From Octopus vulgaris (lineage: Eukaryota), in contig OX597815.1 of the NCBI GenBank assembly GCA_951406725.2, positions 188,790,001 through 188,854,000 of the forward strand: a stretch of DNA of 64,000 bases. The letters are read 5' to 3'. A model generated the notes under the pieces. That model was not told where the DNA came from and searched no databases. It worked only from the letters and a program-made list of their open reading frames with translations. Made by a program: the position numbers and the translations under genes. Positions 53,341-64,000 of this stretch are shown piece by piece (the stretch's first letter is position 1; each line of letters opens with the position of its first letter).

Positions 53341-55596
53341 CAAACAACACGTGCACATGCACACAGATGCATGCATGCACCCACACATGCGCATGCACCC
53401 ACATGCACACACACCCACACCCATTGTCTTTCATGTCCATGAGTCAGTTGATCAGGCAAACACGCACTCACACACACGCAATCATAAATACACATCCATT
53501 TTTTTTTTAACGCTTTCACAAATCACTTATGTTGATGTAAGTTTTGCGTATGTACGTGTATCTATGTGTGAGTATGTATGTATATTTGCGTACGTAAGTA
53601 TATGTATGCATGTAAGTATACGCATGTATATGCATTTATGTATATTGGTGTATGTATGTATGTATAGGTCTGTGTGTGTGAGATGAAAAAATAATTTAAA
53701 GAAACAAACACTTTTTATGGAAATTGCCGTACAAACAGATCAAACAAAGATTTTCACTGAAAATGTGAAAGTGAAAGTGGGTGAATGATGTTGTCTATTA
53801 ATACTGAAGGATTGCCAATAAATGTATCAGAATGCTTATTTTTCATTTTGAAAAATAAATTTTTATTTCAAACAATAAACCATAGGATACCCAGTAATAC
53901 AGAACATTTATTTTTAACTAATTTGTTATTGAATAAAGGTGAAATAAATGAAAATAAAAAGAAATTAAACTGAATTCCTGTTTTTTTTTTTTTTCACTGA
54001 ATTTTGAATGATGTATCAAATTATTTTAATGTAATGGCTAATTAACACCCACACATACACACAGGCCAGGAATTGTAATAATGTAGCCTGTGAACAGTGA
54101 ACATGTTGGAGAAATGTAGGAACCTCCATTACACTTGTTGGGAGTCAGACAATGTAACCAGAATGGGTCTATAGTGAAGAGATGGAATAGCTGTGTGTGT
54201 GGCTAGGATATTATTAAACAGCATATTATGAAAGATATATTGGAGATAAAAATGAAGAGGTCAATTCCTTATATTTTTATTCACATTATTTGAGTGGAAA
54301 AGAAAATAAATAGGAAAACCCAACTCTTCACAGAGAAAACAAGCATGAAGTGAAGAGAGAAGTAAAGATATCTCCTTTTCTACTCTAGGCACAAGGCCTG
54401 AAATATTTTGGGAGGGGACCAGTCGATTAGATCGACCTCAGTATGCAACTGGTACTTAATTTATTCACCCGGAAAGGATGAAAGGCAAAAATCAACCAAG
54501 GCAGAATTTGAACTCAGAACATAAAGACTGATGAAATACCACTAAGCATTTCACCCAGAATGCTAACGTTCCTTATTTCTTTATTGCCCACAAGAAGCTA
54601 AACATAGAGGGGACTAACAAGGACAGACAAAGGGATTAAGTCGATTACATTGATCCCAGTGCGTAACTGGTACTTAATTTATCGACCCCCGAAAGGATGA
54701 AAGGCAAAGTCGACCTCAGTGGAATTTGAACTCAGAACGTAATGGCAGGCAAAATACCTATTTCTTTACTACCCACAAGGGGCTAAACACAGAGAGGAAA
54801 AACAAGGACATAACTGGTACTTATTTAATCGACCCTGAAAGGATGAAAGGCAAAATCAACCTTGGCAGAATTTGAACTCAGAATGTAACAACAGACGAAA
54901 TACCACTAAGCATTTCACCCAGCATGCTAATGTTTCTGCCAGCTCACCCCCTTAGCAGTAAAGATATATTGTAACATAGAAATATAAAGTATACGTATTG
55001 TAAAGTCAAGAGGGGGATTATTTACAGATGATGGTTAGTTAAGGCAGTCCTTGATAATTGTTGGAAAGCAAGAGTTATGTTCACTTTGAAATGTTATTGC
55101 TTAGTGGTTCCAGTAGGTGTCCCGTGGTGAAAGGCAAGAATTGGATTTAAAGGTCAAACATTTTTGTTGCAGCTCATTAAATCTCTTGTGTCTATTGCCA
55201 AACAAGCAAGTTTTTATAACATTTTAGATTTGGCACCAAAAGAATATGACATGACATGATAATGTTGTAGATTTTCCTAGAATTACAAAGAAGGAAGTTA
55301 GGATTTCTTGAATTACATGGCAGGTGGCAGCATACATACATTTTTGATTTGTGATGACAAATTGCAGAGGACTTTCATTGGCTGATGAGAATTGTCTAGG
55401 AATGATTCATCCAAACCTAGAAGTTATTACTCAGTCAATTCTTTATCCGAACTCAATGCACCCAGTTCAATTCCTGACACAATGTGTGTGGGTTATATAA
55501 AATATGTGTCACTGTATGAGAGCTTGTAGTTTAACAATCACTTCAGCACTAATGATATCACAGCAAAAATATAAGTAGTACAAATATAATTTTAAG

Positions 55597-55782
55597 CTGT
55601 TGTGTCTGGGGAGTCATTTTCTTTTTGTGCCTTATAATGTAACACACTCACCTGTAAAATTTCCACTTTTTTCTTATTTTTATTTTCCTAAAATTTTCGT
55701 TGCATCTTGCAACCCTTTCAATAGTTTTGACTCTTGACACACGAACTCATATAAAGTATCTTGCTAACCAAATCCAAAAACG
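55597..55782. mobile_element. Family P3 copy with internal inversion
   Basis: TSD AAATATAATTT at 55582 and 55783; orientation switches near 55735. Confidence 0.75.
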
Positions 55783-56393
55783 AAATATAATTTAAAAATT
55801 TATTTAAAAAAAAAGGATTTGAATATTGGATAGCAGAGCATCCCTGTAACATCAATACATGAATTCTGTACATAGAAAACATTTGGTAATGCTATGTACA
55901 TGATACCTCCTACAGATATGATTTAGAAAATATCTCCGTTTTCTATTAGTGTTGCTGAGAAATCAAACCAATACCTTTACATGTATCCAAGTGAAGTTGC
56001 TTTATGTCACTTCGATTCTGCTTCATTTTTTAAAAAACAAAATTCAGTGATATCATCATAGATATTACTAATGATCAGCAAAAACCAGTTAGCTGGTAGA
56101 ATCATTAGTGCACTGGGCAAAAAGCTTCCTGGCATTTCAGCCATTTTTAGGTTCTCAGTTAAAATACTGTCATGATTGACTTTACCTTTCATCATTTGTG
56201 GTTAATAAAATAATTATCAGTTAGTATGGGGTTCAATGGAATTAACTTATCCCCTGCCTTGAAATTGCTGGACTAGTGCCAAAAGTTTGAAATTATTATT
56301 GATGATGAACAAATGGTAGTGAGTGGGCTGAATCATTAGCCCTCCAGACAAAATACTTAGTGGCTTTTCATATATCTTTGGGTTCTGAGTTAA

Positions 56394-56615
56394 CCCTTTT
56401 GATACCAACCCAGCTGAAACCAGCTCTGGCTCTGTAGTACAAATGTCTTGTTTTCATAAGTTCTGAATAAAAATCTTCCACCAAACCTTAGTCACAATTT
56501 ATGTCCCTAACACTAGTTTAATGATAACCAAGTTATTTTACTAAATTATTTGTTATATCTAAAATTAATTGAAAGAAACACAGAGCATCTCAACAGAAAT
56601 ATGGTAACAAAAGGG
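56394..56615. mobile_element. piggyBac-like MITE inserted in the B box of a SINE A
   Basis: GTTCTGAG-TTAA-[MITE]-TTAA-AATAC; reverse complement of 52353-52574. Confidence 0.88.
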
Positions 56616-58834
56616 TTAAAATACCACTGAGGTCAACTTTTTCTTTCTTCCATTTAGGGTCAATAAAATAAGCACCTGTTGAGTAATGGGGGTCAATGTA
56701 ATTGGTAATCCCCCTCCTCCACAATTGCTGGCATTGTGCCTATTGTAGAAAGGATTATTGATAATGTGAAATTGGAAGGCATTAAGAAGCTGATGTTCAT
56801 TAAGGAAATAAAAGATGAATCAAAATGATAAAGCATTCATGCATCTCTCTCTCTCTCTCTCTTTATATATATATATATATGAACTACACACTTTATGCTG
56901 TCCAACCACTACCAAGGCCCAGTCTAAGTTATTTACTCATTGAGTTATTTTCCTTCCTTTTCATTTCATTTCAGTTCAGCTACATATCTACATGTACATC
57001 TATAAATATTTCTCTCTATTTTCATATCTGTTGATATATCTGTAGACTCACTCACTTACCTATCTGTCTGTTTTTCTATCACTCAATCATTATTTTAAGA
57101 TTGAGGTAACGAGGTAGCAGAATCATTACTACATTGGACAAAATATTTCTGGTTCTTTACTTTCTGAGTTCAAATTCTGCCAAGGTGAACTCTGCCTTTC
57201 ATTCTTTTGGAGTCGATAAATTAAATTCCCAGTAAAGTACTGGAGTCGATGTAATTGACTTGCTTCCATCCCATCAAAATTTCTGATCTTGTGACAAAAC
57301 TAGAAAGAATTATTCTAAGATATTGAATAAAGCCAAGTTTTTCTTACAGACTTGTAATGCAATTAAAAAAACTGTCATTGCACACAAGTCATGTATTGTC
57401 TGTTGATAAGCGACTCTAAAGTATCATTTGTTTAATTACTCTATTATTTATGGTATTTAAACGAACTGCAACTTTTTTTTTCTTCTCTCTAACTTTATTT
57501 CCACCCACCTCTAATTCCTTGCAAATATTTGGCTGTGTGTCATATCCAAGAAATCTGTATTAACAACATTTATTTACAAGTAACTAATATTTCATTTAGA
57601 TTCCTTTTCCTAAAGGAGCCAATGTGATATTCGATAGGAATTTAAAGAAATAATCAAAATAATGCAGGAGAAATACTGTCTAAATTCATTTGGATGGTTG
57701 ATGTTTATTGAATATCACAGGGGAATGTGAGCATAATAATAGTGTTATATTCCATTTCATTGATTTGTTTCACTTACATGTAGACAGATCGTAAAGATTT
57801 TAGTAGTTTCCTAATTCATTGAAGCATATTTTGTGCAAAAAAAAAAACAGAAAAAAAAAAAAGAGCTATACTCCCCCTTGATTTAACATTCAGAGAGCTG
57901 GCAGTTATCTTAGATGATTGTCAGAAATCCATAGAAATAAGAGATATGGATCACACATAATCTCACTAGATTTGTTGAACAATAAGTCATATTTACTCTT
58001 ACAAAGGAAGCTTGGTTTTAGTTGTATAAACTCTATTGTACATAATGTTAATATACAAGAACCCGCTGAACAATGAAACTATATACACAAAATCCTTTTC
58101 TTTAAATTCCTGTCATTGATAATAATACCCTTTGTAGTATGCAATGAGAAAACAAAATGCAATAAAAGAAATGTCATACTTATTTGATGAAGTTTTTTCT
58201 TTTGTACCGCATACTGTTAAAATTAACATTAACACCTTTCATAAAACTGATGGATATTTTTGCTTTGTTCTTATTTGAGAATAAAATGTAAAATAATTGT
58301 GAAGAAAAAGAATCTAATGTCAGAATAGATTCTAGAAGCAAAGTTTATTGTGAGATTAAATTGTATGGAAAGTGAATATAGAGAGAAAGAGAGCTGATAA
58401 CTTCAGCAGAAAAGACAGTCTTCTTTTTTCTTAGAAGAAAATAATAGAAGTAATAAGCATTCAAAGAGATTATTGAAATGTTAACATTGAGCCAATAGAA
58501 AGGAAATAGATTTAACAACAAAAATTTGATCGCAATAAATTGCAGGGAAATTGATGTTAGAAGGGAAAAAATATGGCTGATAAAGATGTAAACAAAATTA
58601 ATAAAGATAAACCAAATATGCTACTGCACTTCTTGCATAATATTTGAATACGTTGAAAATGATGGCTGAGAAAAAGGGGTTAAGGTTTTTAAAAATAAAC
58701 CCCAATACCCCAATTAAACAAATAAGTCATATAAATAAATATAATGGCTTTTTACATTACATATTCATTCAAAAATCTATTGCCTAAAGAAGACTTTTAA
58801 AAGGAAGAATATCCTGGTGCCGCATATCTCCTAC

Positions 58835-59063
58835 CATTATTGCTGCTCTTTCTTGTCTCTGCGGCAAGCTTTTCTGCCCAAGGAAAGGTTTTAGTTTGAA
58901 TTTTTATTTTTTACTTTTGGTGCCTAGATACTCTCCTTAGTTAATAATTGCCTGGATCCTAAGTCTGCTTGATCAGAGCCGATCTAAAGTTGCTAAGTAA
59001 ATGAGAGTGGGTTGTATTAGATAACATGGAACCAGATGTAGTTTACACCTAACCTGTCTATAT

Positions 59064-59105
<42 letters not shown>

Positions 59106-59219
59106 CCTTCTTGCTTAGCCAGCAGGGTGGCATCATTCAAAGGCTAAAACAATGTGAACGCATTGTGACAAGCAATGTGTAACAACATCTGATGGTCTGT
59201 CTGTCACGTGATATACATA

Positions 59220-59278
<59 letters not shown>

Positions 59279-59357
59279 TTATATATATATAATATAAGGG
59301 GGTTGGCGTCAGGAAGGGCATCCGGCCGTAGAAAGCTTGCCACACGCTTAGTGCTGC

Positions 59358-59395
<38 letters not shown>

Positions 59396-59511
59396 TAATA
59401 AACTGTAAAACAAACTGGGAGGAAAGAGACGGAACGAAGTGAGAATTCGAAAAATCGAAAATTCAATATATATTTAATATATATATATATGTATATATAT
59501 ATATATGTATA

Positions 59512-59553
<42 letters not shown>

Positions 59554-59852
59554 TGTGATTATTTTAATGAAAATGGATTTTATATTGGAAATGTAGGACA
59601 AAGTACTGATATAGCAGTTGTAGGAAATGTAGATAAATAACAACTGTTGTTAGTTCAGCTTGACCTGACATAAGACATGGAGGCAACCAATTAAACATAG
59701 AGCAACATCATTTTGTAGTTATTTGAATCTGCAAATGCTACTTTTTAAAAATTTTATTTTAAAAGAAAGAGCAGTACCCATGGCCCTTTTCAGTGCCTCT
59801 AAATCTGATAGAAGGAACATGTCTACAAAGTAGAGACCTTGTCTGATGTTCC
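58835..59852 (-). other. Candidate exon pair (59778-59852, 58835-58873)
   Basis: Both have AG/GT ends, lengths 75 and 39 nt and compatible phase 1; the joined frame reads NIRQGLYFVDMFLLSDLEALKRAMEKLAAETRKSSNN. Confidence 0.25.
59103..59213 (+). mobile_element. SINE 3' tail fragment with RTE-like end, in (TA)n
   Basis: TGTGACAAGCAATGTG...CTGATGGTCTGTCTGTCACGTGATA resembles 17615-17668. Confidence 0.65.
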
Positions 59853-62800
59853 CTGAAAGAAAATGAACTTCTCCACTTAAAGGGACCCAAACGGTTGTTG
59901 TTGTTGTTGGTGGTGGTGGTGGTAGTGTTAAAGGGTGATATATAGTAAGTCTACCAGCCAAGTAGGCAAAAACAGAGAAAGCATTGTGTGTTAGTGTGTT
60001 CTGGTTCTTTGTGTTCGAGGTTCAAATCCTGCTTTGCTCTGGCAACAAAGGTTTTCCCCTCTCAAAGAGAAAGGCAAATTGTATGATGCTTGAGTGCAAT
60101 ATGTGATGCAGCTGCATGTTAATTAGTTAATAAAACGAAAGTAGACCAAGACTACTGCATATGTTTATATTTTATTGGTAAAACGAACCTCCCCAAATCA
60201 TAACACTTAAAACACACTGAACAGACTTTGTGTATGCTACTCTGCCTTCGACACCATGGCAAGCTTTGATCATAGCATGGGATCAGATTCTGTAGCAGAA
60301 TCTAAATTTCTAATCATCTGTTTGTTGTTCATCTTATTGATCACACCGATGCATGAATCATCTCTGACTCCCATTTTATGGCTAGGATGACTTTGTCTAT
60401 TGTCTCCTATCCTTTATAAGGTGGTAGAGTGTGACTCAATAAAGATTTGGCTGCTATTTCTAACAGGTCAACTGACCATCTAGAGGCTCACTTTTTGGTT
60501 CGTTTGTTTATCATTTGTTCTTAATTTGTTGCAGTCATTAGATTGCGGCCATACTGGAGCATCATCTTAAAGAATTTTTGTCAAAGGAATCAACCGAGGT
60601 ACTGATTTCTTTAAAGCCTGGTACTTATGTTGTCGATCTCTTTTGGTGAACTGCTATGTTACTGGGACATAAACAAACCAACACCAGATGTTAAGTTGTG
60701 ATTAGAGCAAACAGACACAAAAACATACATACACACACACACATACGCACACACACACACACGCACGCATGCACACACACACACATACACACACACACAT
60801 ACACACACACACGACTGGCTTCTTTCAGTTTTTATCTACCAAATCCACTCACAAGGCTTTGTTGAACCTGAGGCTATAGTAAGAAGATACTTGTAAGAAG
60901 TTCCATGTAATCGGCTTAATCCGTTTGTCTGTCCTTGTTTGTCCTCTCTGTGTTTAGCCCCTTGTAGGTAGTAAAGAAATAGGTATTCAACTGTAGCCCC
61001 TTAGGGTCTGAGTTCAGATAGGCCTGGAGTTAGCCCTGCATTTCACCGTTTATGGGTTGATAATATTAAGTACCAGACAGATACTGGGGACAATTTAATT
61101 GACTGATCCTAGAACTGGTGTCTCTGATGTTTCTTCAAGCAAAGATACTACAGCTGAGAATTCTAAAGGAATCTTTCTTAGTGCTACTTGCTCTTTAAGG
61201 GCGATGTGTATGCCACAACAATTACAGTAGTCAGTGTATTTCTGTGAGAAGAAGCGAACCCCGCCACCCTGGTATCATTAGCCTTTGAAAGGCATAATGA
61301 TGGAACAATGTCACATAAATCCTATAATTAATGGGATATATCGCACATCCTTCATCACAGTTAACAGAAGACCAACATTTCTTATCATTTGATTCTTTCC
61401 TTTTAACTTCAAAGCAAACTCAACTCTTGAATCAGTGACTCACAAAAGATGTATTTGATTTTGGTAGACCAAGCAATTGACTCTATTTATTTCACTTGCG
61501 TGAGATAAATACATATTGACTGATTCATTTCGATCACATTGTTATGTGCTAATGTAATACATCAAGTTATATATTACATGCCATATGCAATTCATTGTGT
61601 ATGTTACTCAGCTATCACCACACTTTGCTTTTCTTCTCTGTCTCTCACTCTCTCAGTCTGTCTCTTTCTCTGTCTCTCTTACACACAAATACACACTTTA
61701 CTCTCTCTCTCTCTCTCTCTCTCTCACTTTCTCTCTCACTCTCACAGAGGATTGAAACTCGAGATATGAGGTAATTTATGCAAGGATTTCTGAAAATTTT
61801 TTTCTTACAAGATAGCAACACGTATATTATTTGTTTTAATGAATTGTTTTATCTGAATAAATGTATTTCCAAAGCTGACTGTGTTCACTTGTATAAAGCA
61901 TAGATTATTTGCTTCGATTGATTGTTTGTCTTTGAGAACTGACATTATTTTAGGTGTTAGTTCTGAGTTGAAAGTATGTTGGTTTTATTTGTTGCCATTC
62001 CTTTCAACTAGATTCTGCTCATAATAATGACTCTTTTCTACTTTTCATGAAGGCTAGACTAGCGTTTTTCTGAATTAAACTTCCATATTTCAAACCATTG
62101 CATCATGTATCTGTTATAGAAACACACATCTTTGGTTTTTTGTCTTGTAACATGTGATTCTTATTAAAAGAATGTTTTGGAAATTTCAAATCCTTTAATA
62201 CCAATTCCCTGTGACTGCCCATATGTTAAACTGTTTATATTTAAATTATAATCTCAATTAAAATCTTTTAGCATGAATAATAACATGAGATTTCAGTTAG
62301 TAAACATCAGCTGTATACATTAATTATACAATTTTTTTTTGCATCAGAGAGAAACCAATGCATTCCAATCTCTTGGTGTTTTAACATGTTCAGTAAGCAC
62401 TTTGTACAGATTGAATGATTCTTTCTTGCCACGCCTTACATAAACTGACCCTTCAACATCACATATGACCTGTTCTGGATGCCTTTACTTAAAATTCCCA
62501 AGATGGTGATTTCTGAAACTTTGAGGTCCTTTTTGCAATGGTTTGGATTGATTTTTCTGGTGTTTTTATCAATTATTTCTTGGACTTTTTGTTCAAAGTT
62601 ATGTGTTCTGATGGTGCTAGGACCCTATGCATTTATTTCATATTTTGCTGCTGATGTTGTTGTTGTTGTTAAGCAACAAAACAGGTAAGGGTGATTAGGT
62701 GATGGTCTAGGGCTTAGGGGCGGGAGACCCCAGACCTTGGGAAAAAAAAAACTTTGGTTGTCTTGTTGTAGTCAAGGGCTCTTCGTTGACGCCTGACACC

Positions 62801-63039
62801 ACTGGAAGTGACCCTCAAAGTCGCTGGAAATGGAGATCTCCAGGTCCAAATTCTTGAACGGCTGCTGCTGATGTTGGATCCCTTTCAACAGCTTCCTGCT
62901 CCTTTCAAACTTTGACAACAAAGGATTGAGCCACTTTCAGGAAGCAATCTATCGCTGTATCATAATGTTGTGCTTTTTAAGGCAACGGTTACAGCATGCC
63001 TTTTCATTTGTTGAGTAATCCTGATGTCTAACATTATCT

Positions 63040-63902
63040 AAGACCTATTGTGGCAAGTGAAATCAAAATCAAAATTGCTGACATGGCAGATGACAGTACC
63101 GCCTAATAGGCACTTATGCCAGTTGAATGTTAAAAGCACATCTGAATATGGGTGCAACCAGCCCACTTATGAGTATCCCTCATTCATTGGACAATGAACT
63201 TTGCTTGTGAAGACCTATTGAGGCAAGTGAAAACAAATCAAAATCGCTGACATGGCCGATTATAGTACTGTCTGATTGGCACTCATACCAGTGGAATGTT
63301 AAAAGCACATCTGAGCGTGATCATTGCTAGGGCCATAGATTGACTCCTGTACCAGTGACACATGAAAAACAACTTTCGAGCGTGATCGTTGCCAGTGCTG
63401 CCATGCAGGTAGCACATAAAAAACCCTTCTGAGCATGGTCATTGCCAAAAGTGCCTGACTGGCCCTCGTGCTGGTGGCACGTATAAAGCACCTCTTTCTT
63501 TACTACCTACAAGGGGCTACACATCGAGGGGACAAACAAGAACAGACAAACGGATTAAGTCGATTACATCGACCCCAGTGCGTAACTGGTACTTATTTAA
63601 TCGACCCCGAAAGGATGAAAGGCAAAGTCGACCTCGGCAGAATTTGAACTCAGAACGTAGCAGCAGACGAAATGCCGCTTAGCATTTCACCCGGCATGTT
63701 TCTGCCAGTTTGCTGCCACGTATAGAGCACCTACTATACTCTCAGAATGGTTGGTGTTAGGAAGGGCATCCAGCTGTAGAAACTTTGCCAGGTCAGATTG
63801 AGCCTGGTGCAACCATCTGGCTCATCAGTCCTCAGTCAAACCGTCCAGCCCATGCCAGCATGGAAAGCAGATGTTAAACGATGATGATGATGATGATGAT
63901 GA
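63040..63902 (+). mobile_element. Diverged long RTE 3' UTR copy interrupted by SINE A
   Basis: Own internal block duplication (63040/63210), (GAT)n tail, SINE A at 63493-63716 with TSD CACGTATARAGCACC. Confidence 0.85.
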
Positions 63903-64000
63903 AAGTAAGGTGAAAGAAAATAAGTTAGAAGGAAGCTGGAACCCTTGAAAGAGGTACTCTCAAAAAACTGACACACCCTGTCTATAAAGGAAACTGTTAA

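Overview
AT-rich eukaryotic genomic DNA, most likely an octopus (inferred from the repeat families and the very dense (TA)n/(CA)n/(AAT)n/(GAT)n/(TATG)n microsatellites). No complete host gene, rRNA, true tRNA gene or CRISPR array is visible. The window is dominated by tRNA-derived SINEs (at least 4 families), RTE and CR1 LINE fragments (one young 5'-truncated RTE with an intact RT ORF carrying a PHD-like finger and a modular tandem 3' UTR), two solo LTRs, mariner/maT/hAT relics, piggyBac-like MITEs and short Penelope-like fragments. Four observations stand out: (1) several repeat families carry minimal hammerhead-ribozyme-like motifs, one canonical and two with core variants; (2) a SINE whose tail variant predicts its target site and that repeatedly inserts into its own head; (3) three cases where an element end plus foreign flank is followed by a second copy of the end, suggesting templated flank capture between repeats; (4) a PDZ-like coding exon split by a SINE. 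All family names and protein similarities come from pattern recognition, not database searches.
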